From Fusobacteriota bacterium (GTDB lineage: Bacteria > Fusobacteriota > Fusobacteriia > Fusobacteriales > JBNJFI01), in assembly GCA_051746725.1 (NCBI GenBank), contig JBNJFI010000012.1, positions 1 through 16,288 of the forward strand: a stretch of DNA of 16,288 bases, read 5' to 3'. The position numbers were made by a program, and so were the translations under genes. A model generated the notes under the pieces. The model was not told the DNA's origin. It did not search any database and worked only from the letters and a program-made list of their open reading frames with translations. Of this stretch, positions 1 through 8,843 are shown piece by piece (position 1 is the first letter of the stretch; each line of letters starts with the position of its first letter).

Positions 1-876
1 AAAGTGAATGATAAGAATATGGAAGTTGAGTTTAATTTAGATATATTTGAAAAGGACGAATCAAATTGGGAAGCAGGCGCTGGTTGGACTTTAAATTGGT
101 CAGATGAATTTGATGATGGAGTATTTGATACAGATACCTGGACAAGGCAAGTCATGTATGATCCATTTAATAATGAACTGCAGCAATATTTAGATAATAG
201 TTCTGTAGCATATGAGGAAAATGGAAATATGGTTATTAAAGCTGATCATATTGAAGGAAGACCATATAATCAACCTGATTCATATACTTCGGCCAGGGTA
301 ATATCGAATCCAGGAGGGCAAAGCGGAAATTCAGGAGCTACAGGAAAGACTTTTAAATATGGGAAAATAGCCGCTAGAATTAAACTACCTGGTGGTAAAG
401 GAATATGGCCGGCATTTTGGATGTTAGGAGATAATATTAGTGAAACAGGAGGAGATACTGGATGGCCTCAATGTGGTGAGATAGATATACTGGAAACAGG
501 AAGTGTATATGATCCCAATTATGGACAAGGAACTGTTCATGGGACAGTTCATAGAGATCCTGGAACAGAGTCAAATCCACTTGGTTATAATGAATATATA
601 TCGGCAGGATCATATACCTTGCCTAATGGTGAATATTTCAAGGAGGACTTCCATGTATTTGAGATAGAATGGGATGAGAATCAGATAATTTGGAAATTAG
701 ATGGGGTTCAGTTTGGAAACAAAGATATATCATCTGATGTGGAAAATGAGTTTCATAAACCTTTTTATGTTTTATTTAATATTGCAGTAGGTGGTCATTT
801 TACAGATACTCCTGATGAAACAACGGGGTTTCCCCAATATATGTATATCGACTGGATAAGGCACTATGTTAAATAG
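1..876 (+). CDS. Glycoside hydrolase family 16 (laminarinase/endo-beta-1,3-glucanase type), probably 5'-truncated by the window edge
   Basis: Motifs WSDEF, YTSAR, FKYG, GIWPAFWMLG, WPQCGEIDILE (catalytic ExDxxE), FHVFEIEW, NIAVGG, MYIDWIR. The frame is open from base 1 (aaa gtg aat...), so the GTG at 4 is probably internal and more N-terminal sequence may lie upstream. Confidence 0.93.
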   Translation, partial: KVNDKNMEVEFNLDIFEKDESNWEAGAGWTLNWSDEFDDGVFDTDTWTRQVMYDPFNNELQQYLDNSSVAYEENGNMVIKADHIEGRPYNQPDSYTSARVISNPGGQSGNSGATGKTFKYGKIAARIKLPGGKGIWPAFWMLGDNISETGGDTGWPQCGEIDILETGSVYDPNYGQGTVHGTVHRDPGTESNPLGYNEYISAGSYTLPNGEYFKEDFHVFEIEWDENQIIWKLDGVQFGNKDISSDVENEFHKPFYVLFNIAVGGHFTDTPDETTGFPQYMYIDWIRHYVK

Positions 877-889
877 ATGAAAATTGAAA
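873..889 (+). repeat. 17-bp direct repeat ATAGATGAAAATTGAAA, copy 1, overlapping the GH16 stop codon
   Basis: Exact match to 1835-1851; followed by heptamer-like units TGACAAT TAACAAT. Confidence 0.8.
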
Positions 890-938
890 TGACAATTAAC
901 AATGAGTTGTGATTTTATAAAAAATAGGAGGGATAAAT

Positions 939-1838
939 ATGACCAGAGTTATGGCAAGTAAATATAAAAAGAAATTATCTTTGGCTGGAAGAGATTTTTC
1001 TAAAAAAACTACAGGTGAATTAAAAGAACTATTAAATAAAACCTTGGAAGATGGAATCCATGGTTTATGCTTTAGTCCATATGTAGGAGATCAAGGTCCA
1101 GGACATGAAGTAACAGAGGATCAGATACAAGAAAGATTAGATATTATAAAATCATATACTGATTGGATAAGAACATTTTCTTGCACAGAGGGAAATGAAA
1201 ATATACCTAAGATTGCTAAAAAAAATGGGTTGAAAGTTTTATGTGGAATTTGGATAGGAGATAATGATAAAATTAATGAGAAGGAGATAAGAAATGGAAT
1301 AAAACTGGCCCAAAATGGTGATATTGATATCTTGGCAGTTGGAAATGAAGTATTATTAAGAGAAGATATTCCAAAGGATAAATTAGTGGATTATATAAAC
1401 AGAGTTAAAAGAGAGGTTCCTGATAATATACCTGTGGGATATGTTGATGCATATTATGAATTTGAGCAAAATCCTAAAGTAACTGAAGCTTGTGATGTTA
1501 TTTTAGCAAATTGCTATCCATTTTGGGAAGGATGCGCTTTAGAATATTCTACACTTTATATGAAGGATATGTATAGACGGGCAGTTAAAGCTGGTAAGGG
1601 CAAAAAAGTAATAATAACAGAAACAGGATGGCCTGATATGGGATCAGATGTATGGGGAGCAAAGCCTTCAGTAGATAATGCATATAAGTATTTTTTAAAT
1701 ACTTATAAATGGGCTCAAGAAGAGGGGATAGAAATATTCTACTTTTCAAGTTTTGATGAAGATTGGAAAGAAAAGAGTGAAGGGGACGTTGGTTCTCGTT
1801 GGGGACTATGGGATAAAGATGGGAATTTGAAAATATAG
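939..1838 (+). CDS. Glycoside hydrolase family 17 (beta-1,3-glucanase/glucosidase), no signal peptide
   Basis: CFSPY, WIRTF, LAVGNEV (acid/base Glu), NCYPFWEG, IITETGWP (nucleophile Glu), FDEDWK, WGLWD. RBS AGGAGG at 926-931, 7 nt before ATG. Confidence 0.92.
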   Translation: MTRVMASKYKKKLSLAGRDFSKKTTGELKELLNKTLEDGIHGLCFSPYVGDQGPGHEVTEDQIQERLDIIKSYTDWIRTFSCTEGNENIPKIAKKNGLKVLCGIWIGDNDKINEKEIRNGIKLAQNGDIDILAVGNEVLLREDIPKDKLVDYINRVKREVPDNIPVGYVDAYYEFEQNPKVTEACDVILANCYPFWEGCALEYSTLYMKDMYRRAVKAGKGKKVIITETGWPDMGSDVWGAKPSVDNAYKYFLNTYKWAQEEGIEIFYFSSFDEDWKEKSEGDVGSRWGLWDKDGNLKI

Positions 1839-1874
1839 ATGAAAATTGAAAGAGGAAAGTTGAAAGTTAAAAGA
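1835..1874 (+). repeat. 17-bp direct repeat copy 2 (1835-1851) merging into a degenerate heptamer array
   Basis: From 1840: TGAAAAT TGAAAGA GGAAAGT TGAAAGT TAAAAGA (five 7-nt units). Confidence 0.72.
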
Positions 1875-1996
1875 TAAAGATAAGGGCTAAAAGCTTTTAT
1901 ACCTCTGATTAATTTAATATGAAGGATATATTATGATTGATCCCATACTCCGCTGAACGATTATATTTTTTATGATAAAATTTTATGTCCCCACTG

Positions 1997-2308
1997 AAGG
2001 GCAATGAATATAAATAGAGAATAGTTGGAAATAAAAAAATATCCCTCTTACAGCAGGCTGTGTCACAATAGATAGAAAAGTACATTTAAAAGGAAGAGGT
2101 ATAATAGTAGCGATCGTAATCACGTGGGCGAAGACCCTTCGCCCTTACGGTTATTATTTCTGCAGATAATAAGAGATGGATTTCTAAAAGGAAATATTCC
2201 TTTACTGGGATATCAATATAGATTATTTAAATCCAAAATTAGAATAACGAAATAAAGAATAGGTCAAAAAAACTATTCTCTATTCATTATTAACTATTCA
2301 TTGCTCTT
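1997..2308. repeat. Long-range bipartite inverted repeat built from heptamer units
   Basis: AATAGAGAATAGTT (2013-2026) is the exact reverse complement of AACTATTCTCTATT (2271-2284). AAGGGCAATGAATA (1997-2010) pairs with TATTCATTGCTCTT (2295-2308), 13/14 plus one G-U. The right arm is a 7-mer array: AACTATT CTCTATT CATTATT AACTATT CATTGCT. Confidence 0.75.
2126..2148 (-). repeat. REP-like palindrome, copy A (GTAA + GC-rich hairpin)
   Basis: + strand GGGCGAAG-ACC-CTTCGCCC-TTAC; the - strand reads GTAAGGGCGAAGGGTCTTCGCCC. Confidence 0.7.
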
Positions 2309-2312
2309 TTTT

Positions 2313-2335
2313 GTAAGGGCAAATGGCGTTTGCCC
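2313..2335 (+). repeat. REP-like palindrome, copy B (GTAA + GC-rich hairpin)
   Basis: GTAA-GGGCAAA-TGGCG-TTTGCCC; same length and layout as copy A, in inverted orientation. Confidence 0.7.
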
Positions 2336-2459
2336 GGGTGTGGGCAGTATATAAAAATGGAGGGAAGCCTTAATTATCAGGTCTAATAAATTAAATAAAA
2401 TCAGTGGATTACAATTTTGCAACTAGCTAAGAAAATATATAAATAAGGAGAAATTAATA

Positions 2460-3587
2460 ATGAATTTAAAAAAGAAATATGGTAAAGCTTTTTCGTATGG
2501 TGGATTTAGAAAAAAAACAAGAGAAAAGGTTCCTTCAGTTAAACAAATTAAAGAAGATATGAAAATATTATCGGCAATGGGTGTGAAAATACTCAGAACA
2601 TACAATACTTCTGAATATTCACATGCTGAAAGAGTATTACAGGCTATTAGAGAATTAAAAGGTAAAGATCAAACTTTTGAGATGTATGTTATGTTGGGAG
2701 CTTGGATAAGTTGTATAGGAGCAGAAACTCCAAATGTAGATCATAGTAAGGGGAACTACAGTAAAAATAAACAAGAGATAGATAAAGCTATTGAATTAGC
2801 TAAAGATTACCCAGATATAGTAAAAATAATAGCAGTTGGAAATGAAGCAATGGTAAATTGGCAGGTTCATTATGTGGGAGCAGATGTTATATTAAAATGG
2901 GTTAATTACTTAAGACAATACAGAAAACAAGGGATTATAAAAAAAGATATATTAATTACAAGTTCAGATAATTTTGCAACTTGGGGAGCAGAAAAAGAAT
3001 ATAGATGCGAAGATTTAAAAAAATTAATAAATGCAGTAGATTATATATCGTTACACACATATCCATTTCATGATACATATCATAACCCAAGATTTTGGAA
3101 TGATATAAAGGGAGAAGGATTTAAAAACCTAAAAGAGATAGATAAGGCTATGGATGAAGCTGTTAGATATGCAAAGAAGCAATATAAAATGGTGCAAAAA
3201 TTTCTAAAGGAGATAGATGTAGAAAAGAAAATTCATATCGGAGAGACTGGATGGGCAACAAAAGATACAGATATGTATTCAAAAAATGGAACTCAAGCAG
3301 CTAATGAATATGAAGAGAAAATATATTATGAGAAAATGAGAGAATGGGCCCAAAACGAGGAAATGCTGTGCTTTTATTTTGAAGCGTTTGATGAACCTTG
3401 GAAATCTCCAAGATCTGGTGACTCTGAAAATCATTTTGGAGTATTTACAGTTGATGGAAAGGCCAAATATGCATTGTGGGAACTTGTAGATAAAGGAGTT
3501 TTTATGGATTTAGAAAGAGGAGGAAATAAAATTACTAAAACTTATAAAGGGGATGAAGATAAGTTGTTAGAAGAAATTTTAAAATAG
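2460..3587 (+). CDS. Glycoside hydrolase family 17-like beta-1,3-glucanase, no signal peptide
   Basis: AFSYGGFR, LRTYN, IAVGNEAM (acid/base), SLHTYPF, HIGETGWA (nucleophile), FEAFDEPWK, SENHFG. RBS AAGGAG at 2445-2450. An in-frame TAG at 2424-2426 rules out a long upstream leader. Confidence 0.88.
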   Translation: MNLKKKYGKAFSYGGFRKKTREKVPSVKQIKEDMKILSAMGVKILRTYNTSEYSHAERVLQAIRELKGKDQTFEMYVMLGAWISCIGAETPNVDHSKGNYSKNKQEIDKAIELAKDYPDIVKIIAVGNEAMVNWQVHYVGADVILKWVNYLRQYRKQGIIKKDILITSSDNFATWGAEKEYRCEDLKKLINAVDYISLHTYPFHDTYHNPRFWNDIKGEGFKNLKEIDKAMDEAVRYAKKQYKMVQKFLKEIDVEKKIHIGETGWATKDTDMYSKNGTQAANEYEEKIYYEKMREWAQNEEMLCFYFEAFDEPWKSPRSGDSENHFGVFTVDGKAKYALWELVDKGVFMDLERGGNKITKTYKGDEDKLLEEILK

Positions 3588-3624
3588 GATATAACAAATA
3601 TCTAGTTGGGGAAAAGGAGGAGTT

Positions 3625-5439
3625 ATGAAGATTAGAAGTAAAATGTTTTGGGGATTTGGATTTATTATAATATCTCTAATAATGGTATTATTTATAGTTT
3701 GGGGAAGTTTGAATAGGTTGTCTGGTATTATAGAAGATATATACAATTATCCTATGAAATCAAGTAATGCTGCTATAGAATTAAAGGGAAATATAAAAAA
3801 TATGCAATATATGGAACAAAAGATGTTTGTAGAAGATAATATAAGTGTTTTATTAGATTTAAAGGATACAATATTAACTTATGACAAGATTGTAGACATG
3901 AATTTAGAAAACCTTGAAGAGGGATCTTTAGGAGATAAAAATATAATTTCAGATGTTAGAGCTTCTTATGATGAGTGGAAAGAGGTTAGAAATGAAATAA
4001 TAGAACTTTTAATCTCTGATGAAAAAGAAGATGCAGAATTCACATCTTATGTGGAAGAAAGAATGATATTAAATAGATTGGATCAAAATATTAACTATGT
4101 AGTCCAGGCTTCTGAAGATTCAGCACAACTCTTTTATGAAAATTCTAAAGCTATACGACAAAGATCTATAATTAATGTTATCGCAATATTTATATTTGCT
4201 ATATTATTTATAATATTAATAACCATTATTGTTGCAAAAAAGATTACCAGACCAATAAAAATAATGATGAAAGCAATGAAAGAAGTTTCTGAAGGGAATG
4301 GTGATCTGACTCAAACAATCGAGATAAATACCAATGATGAAATAGAAGAATTAGCCAGCTATTTTAATAAATTTATAAAAGAGCTTAAGACAATAATATC
4401 TAGGGTTAAAGATATGGTTGAAAATGTAAATCAAAAAAGTACAGATATATCCCAAGAGATAGATCAGGTTATAAATGGAAATAAAAGTAAATATTATGAT
4501 AATAATTCAAATGTGTCTAAGGGAATATTGGATTTAGAAAGTAATACAAAGGAAGAAAAAGAGGGGGTTAAAAATCAAGCAAAAAGTACAACGCAAACTC
4601 TTGCATCTTTAGAGCAAATATCTGCTTCTTCAGAACAGACAAATATAAACATAGAAAACATTATAAAGGGAAGTAAATATGCAACAAAGATTTCAGAAGA
4701 GGGTGCAAAAAAAGTTGAGAATATGTCAGAAGAGATTTCTAATATTAGTAAAAAGGTAAAAGTTACAGAAAAACAGATTTTAAAGGTTATTGAATTTTCA
4801 AAAAACATAGAAAATATAACTATTTCTATAAATGAGTTAGCTGAACAAACAGATCTTTTGGCTTTAAATGCTGCAATAGAAGCAGCAAGAGCTGGAAATG
4901 CCGGTCGTGGATTTTCAGTAGTAGCAGATGAAATAAGAAAGTTAGCAGAGAAGACAAATGGAGAGACTTCTAAAATTGAAAAAATAATTGAAAATATTCA
5001 AGGTGAATTTAAAACTGTTAAATATGCCAACGAAGAGGTAGAAGAGCATGTTAACAAAGCTTTGGATAGATCAATTGAAGTGAAAAAAACAATTAAAAAT
5101 ACAATACAAAAGATGGAAGAAAATGATAATGATATAAATGGAATAGCAACTAATATAGAAGAATTAACAATATCAACTTCTGAAATAACAAAGGAGATGA
5201 CTAATATAAGTGAAACTTCAAATGATATTGAGAGTCTATCTGGAGAAAATTTGGATATAGTTGAAAGTATATCACATGTTCTAGGTGAAGAATTTAAAAA
5301 TTTATTAGAACTGACTAATCAAATGGAAGATCTTCAAAAAAGTATAGAAGGATTTAAAATTAAAGAGGATCATTTTCCAAAAAAGAATCAAAAGTCAGTA
5401 TCTTTAGAGAAGAGGAGAGTTAAAATAAAAAAACATTAA
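3625..5439 (+). CDS. Methyl-accepting chemotaxis protein; four-helix-bundle-type sensor domain, HAMP, MCP signalling domain
   Basis: Two hydrophobic TM segments flank an about 150-aa helical domain. HAMP (RPIK...GNGDLT...[12 protein letters not shown]) and signalling tip [37 protein letters not shown] are present. RBS AGGAGG. Confidence 0.95.
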   Translation: MKIRSKMFWGFGFIIISLIMVLFIVWGSLNRLSGIIEDIYNYPMKSSNAAIELKGNIKNMQYMEQKMFVEDNISVLLDLKDTILTYDKIVDMNLENLEEGSLGDKNIISDVRASYDEWKEVRNEIIELLISDEKEDAEFTSYVEERMILNRLDQNINYVVQASEDSAQLFYENSKAIRQRSIINVIAIFIFAILFIILITIIVAKKITRPIKIMMKAMKEVSEGNGDLTQTIEINTNDEIEELASYFNKFIKELKTIISRVKDMVENVNQKSTDISQEIDQVINGNKSKYYDNNSNVSKGILDLESNTKEEKEGVKNQAKSTTQTLASLEQISASSEQTNINIENIIKGSKYATKISEEGAKKVENMSEEISNISKKVKVTEKQILKVIEFSKNIENITISINELAEQTDLLALNAAIEAARAGNAGRGFSVVADEIRKLAEKTNGETSKIEKIIENIQGEFKTVKYANEEVEEHVNKALDRSIEVKKTIKNTIQKMEENDNDINGIATNIEELTISTSEITKEMTNISETSNDIESLSGENLDIVESISHVLGEEFKNLLELTNQMEDLQKSIEGFKIKEDHFPKKNQKSVSLEKRRVKIKKH

Positions 5440-5500
5440 AAATCATAAAATTAAAATTATAAAAAACAAAATATAAAATTTAAATAACGGGAGGAAAATT

Positions 5501-6436
5501 ATGGAAAAAAGAAATTATGGAAAAACAGGATTAGAAGTTTCAGAAATTGGTGTTGGAACTTGGCAATTAGGAAATAATTCATCTTGGAATGGTCCGACAG
5601 AAGAGGAAGCTATTGAGATAGTAGAAGAAGCTATCAAAAAAGGGTGCAACTTTTTTGACACCGCACCTAACTATGCAAATGGAGAGAGCGAAAAAATTTT
5701 AGGAAAAGCTTTAAAAGGAAAAAGAGACCAAGTAGTGATTAATTCGAAATTTGGACATTGGCCAGATGGACATACAGATTATAGTGCTAATCTTATTAGA
5801 AAATCCGTAGAAGAAAGTTTAAAAAGATTAGATACCGATTATCTTGATAGTGTAATATTGCATAATCCTCCAGAGGAAGTTTTAGAAGGAAATCAAGGTC
5901 ATTTTGAGGTTTTGGAAGAATTAAAAAATGAAAATAAAATAAAAGCCTATGGGGCCTCAATAGACACTTCGGAAGCTATGGAAAAATTAATAGATAATAC
6001 TAAAAGTGAAGTTATAGAAATAATGTTTAATATGTTTTATCAAGAACCCAAAAAAGCTTTTAAAAAAGCAAAGGATGCTGGAGTTGCTCTAATAGTAAAA
6101 GTTCCTTTGGATTCAGGATGGTTAACAGGGAAATATGATCAAAATAGCGAATTTAAAGGAGTTAGAAGTAGGTGGAGCAAAAAAGATATACAGTTTAGAG
6201 GGAAATTAGTTGAAAATGTAAAGAAGATAAAGAGAAAAGAAACTACTATGGTACAAGAAGCTCTAAGCTTTATTTTAGCCTTTGATGAAGTTTCGTCAGT
6301 TATTCCTGGTGTAAGAAATTTAAAACAGTTAGAACAAGACTTTTCTGCTACTGAAATGAAGATGGATAAGCAAAAAAGGGAAGAGTATGAAACAATGTAT
6401 AAAGAAAAAATAGAGGGGAAAGATTTACCTTGGTAG
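5501..6436 (+). CDS. Aldo/keto reductase (NAD(P)H-dependent)
   Basis: GVGTWQLG, FFDTAPNY (catalytic Asp/Tyr), SKFG (Lys), SLKRLDTDYLD, LHNP (His), PLDSGWLTGKY, VIPG. RBS GGAGG. Confidence 0.95.
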   Translation: MEKRNYGKTGLEVSEIGVGTWQLGNNSSWNGPTEEEAIEIVEEAIKKGCNFFDTAPNYANGESEKILGKALKGKRDQVVINSKFGHWPDGHTDYSANLIRKSVEESLKRLDTDYLDSVILHNPPEEVLEGNQGHFEVLEELKNENKIKAYGASIDTSEAMEKLIDNTKSEVIEIMFNMFYQEPKKAFKKAKDAGVALIVKVPLDSGWLTGKYDQNSEFKGVRSRWSKKDIQFRGKLVENVKKIKRKETTMVQEALSFILAFDEVSSVIPGVRNLKQLEQDFSATEMKMDKQKREEYETMYKEKIEGKDLPW

Positions 6437-6473
6437 ATTTTTTTGAATATGATATATCAAAAAAGGAGGACAA

Positions 6474-8792
6474 ATGAAGGGGAAAAAGAAAAAATCCCAA
6501 AGGTCTAGCATGTTGAAAAATTTGACCTTAATAAATTCTATGTTTATAATATTAGGAGTAGTAATATTATATTTTAGCATTCAGAGTATGATGGGAAATG
6601 AATTGCAAAAATTAGAGGAATCACTTTCAGAAGATATGAAAAGATCTAGTCAGAGCATGGATGAAAATTTTAATTCAATATTTAAAGATATCAACTCAAT
6701 GAAAGAGGAAGAGTTAAATAATGATTTGAGAGAAACTGCATCTTCGGGAATGGAAGTAATAGATGAAAAATTTAATAATTTAATAGAAAAAGGGAAGATA
6801 TTTTCTTCTAGAAAAGAGGTAGAAGATGTTATAATGAGAGATAGAATTCTTTCTGGATTTGTAGATGAGATAGATGGAAGAGTTTATGAAGAATATTATA
6901 TTGGAGTAGGAAGGTTTACTGTTTTAGAAATATTGCAAAATATAAAGGCTAATATTATGGAAAAAAATATTGGTCTATTGTTGTTTGATAAAAATGGTAA
7001 AATGCAAGGAAATATAAACACAGGATATAAATCATTTGTAAAACAATATACAGAGGATCTAGGAAAAGAAACTATTGCCAACAATGAAGAACAAATAAAA
7101 AATATAATTTCCTCAGAAGATGGATTGGCTCTGCAAGGCTCTATACCTACAACTCTTCAGTCTGATAAGCGAAATGGAGGTATTGTATATGTTAAACCTA
7201 TGGATACATCCTTCATTGATGAAATTAAAACTTCACTGGGTAATGATATAATTATATTCAATCAGGAAACTCCATATGCTTCGACTTTAAAGGATAAAGA
7301 TAATAATAGGGTTATGATAAATAAACACCCTGAAATATATTCTAAACTAAAATCAAATGAAAAAGAAACTTATTTTAAAGATTTAAAAATAAAAATAGAT
7401 GGAAAAGAGAGAAACTATAAGATATCTTTTACAGGGTTAAAAAACAAAGATAATGAAGTAGTTGGGATGGTAGGATTTTTAGTAAGCATAGATAAATATC
7501 TAGAGTTTTTGGATCAAACTCAAAATAGAAAAAAAGAAATTATAGGGAATTTAGAAACTTCTAGTAATAATCAATTAAATAAATTAAAAAACAAAAAGTC
7601 TAGTTTAGAAAATAAAATTTCTATGATTTTCATTATAATGTCAGTAGTATTTATAATATTAATGGGGGTTATGTTCTATTTTTTACTAAAAGGCCGGATA
7701 AAGATAATAAAAGCAATATTAAAAATTGTAAATAAAGTGTCTGATGCAAATCTCATGGATAAAGTAAATGTTAAAAATAATGAAGAGCTAGGTGATTTGG
7801 CAACAGGAATTAACAAAATGATTGAAAGTTTGAGAAATTTAGTAAAAACCATGTTGAAATCCTCAGAAGAAACAGTAGAATTTATAGAGGGGATTAAGAT
7901 GGAATCGAATAAAAATCAGAAATCTATGAATTTATTTGTGGAATCACTAAATGGGGTAAAAGACAACCAAGTAGAGCAAATAGATCAAATAGATGAAATA
8001 AATAACTCTATGAAGGAGATCAACTATGCTGCTAAGGGAATTTCTAAAAATACAGAAGAAGTAAATGAATATGCGTATGAAGTTAAAAAAATAGTTGAAA
8101 AAGGAGAAAAAAGCGTAAATAAGACTTTAATTACAATGAATGATATAGATGAGAATGTAGAGACTATATCAGAAGTTGAAGATGAATTGGTAGAAAAGTT
8201 AAAGTCAATAGAAGAATTTACAAGTGTAATTAATGGGATAGCAGAGCAAACTAATTTATTATCTTTAAATGCCTCAATAGAAGCAGCAAGAGCAGGAGAT
8301 GCAGGAAAAGGGTTTGCTGTAGTTGCAAATGAAGTTAAAAAATTAGCTTCTAAGACAGTCCAAGCCTCAGAAGAAATAGAAAGAGACATTAAGGGGCTTA
8401 GAGAAAAAGCAAATAAAGTTAGAAATATAGTAGAAGAAGGAAAAAACAAGGTTGATTCAGGAGTTGAAATTTCTAATAATGTAGGGAAGCTCTTTAAAGA
8501 TATATCAAAAATGGTTTTAAGTATAAGTGATATGACAAATAGCACCACAGCAGCCACTCAAGAGCAATCAGCAACAATATCCATGATACTTGAAAATATG
8601 GATGAGATAGTAGAATCTACGAATAATTTAGTAGATAATGTAAAAGATTTATCCAGTGAAGGGGAAAATAGATTAAATGAGATATCCCGAATGGATGATA
8701 AGATTGATGAAATAGTAAAAGATATTAGATCTCAAAAAGAGTTGGTAAGCGAATTTAAAATAAAAAGACAAGGAAAAGTAAGAGAAATTTAA
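6474..8792 (+). CDS. Methyl-accepting chemotaxis protein with a large Cache-like extracytoplasmic domain
   Basis: TM1 near the N-terminus and TM2 near residue 385-405. Cache-like segment FIDEIK...IIIF...[11 protein letters not shown]...[15 protein letters not shown] ([14 protein letters not shown]) and tip [45 protein letters not shown]. Confidence 0.95.
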   Translation: MKGKKKKSQRSSMLKNLTLINSMFIILGVVILYFSIQSMMGNELQKLEESLSEDMKRSSQSMDENFNSIFKDINSMKEEELNNDLRETASSGMEVIDEKFNNLIEKGKIFSSRKEVEDVIMRDRILSGFVDEIDGRVYEEYYIGVGRFTVLEILQNIKANIMEKNIGLLLFDKNGKMQGNINTGYKSFVKQYTEDLGKETIANNEEQIKNIISSEDGLALQGSIPTTLQSDKRNGGIVYVKPMDTSFIDEIKTSLGNDIIIFNQETPYASTLKDKDNNRVMINKHPEIYSKLKSNEKETYFKDLKIKIDGKERNYKISFTGLKNKDNEVVGMVGFLVSIDKYLEFLDQTQNRKKEIIGNLETSSNNQLNKLKNKKSSLENKISMIFIIMSVVFIILMGVMFYFLLKGRIKIIKAILKIVNKVSDANLMDKVNVKNNEELGDLATGINKMIESLRNLVKTMLKSSEETVEFIEGIKMESNKNQKSMNLFVESLNGVKDNQVEQIDQIDEINNSMKEINYAAKGISKNTEEVNEYAYEVKKIVEKGEKSVNKTLITMNDIDENVETISEVEDELVEKLKSIEEFTSVINGIAEQTNLLSLNASIEAARAGDAGKGFAVVANEVKKLASKTVQASEEIERDIKGLREKANKVRNIVEEGKNKVDSGVEISNNVGKLFKDISKMVLSISDMTNSTTAATQEQSATISMILENMDEIVESTNNLVDNVKDLSSEGENRLNEISRMDDKIDEIVKDIRSQKELVSEFKIKRQGKVREI

Positions 8793-8801
8793 TATTATTT
8801 T

Positions 8802-8843
8802 ATAAAACAAATCACTGGTAAGCTGTCTAGTGGTTTGTTTTAT
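8802..8843 (+). terminator. Intrinsic terminator-like hairpin ending the GH17-MCP-AKR-MCP block
   Basis: ATAAAACAAATCACTGG / CTAGTGGTTTGTTTTAT: 17-bp stem (two G-U pairs), 8-nt loop, T-rich 3' arm, starting 10 nt after the stop codon. Confidence 0.8.

Noticed and set aside
2054..2072. CAGGCTGTGTCACAATAG, reminiscent of an IS1182-type terminal inverted repeat
   Set aside because: No partner inverted end, target-site duplication or transposase in the window; the resemblance is from memory only.
1897..2104. 10-bp inverted repeat TTATACCTCT (1897-1906) / AGAGGTATAA (2095-2104)
   Set aside because: Short, AT-rich, and crosses the stronger 1997-2308 pairing; could be chance.
2098..2105. TATAAT at 2100-2105 as a promoter for the second GH17
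   Set aside because: No convincing -35 at 16-18 nt spacing and no TGn extension; TATAAT is frequent in this AT-rich DNA.
1839..2459. Possible CRISPR array, c-di-GMP or other riboswitch, or tRNA in the long intergenic gap
   Set aside because: No regularly spaced 23-47 bp repeats, no cloverleaf, and GGGCAAA is not followed by the remaining c-di-GMP-I consensus elements.
5440..5500. Almost pure A/T spacer between the first MCP and the AKR as a repeat or regulatory element
   Set aside because: Low-complexity sequence with no stable hairpin and no clear -35/-10 pair.
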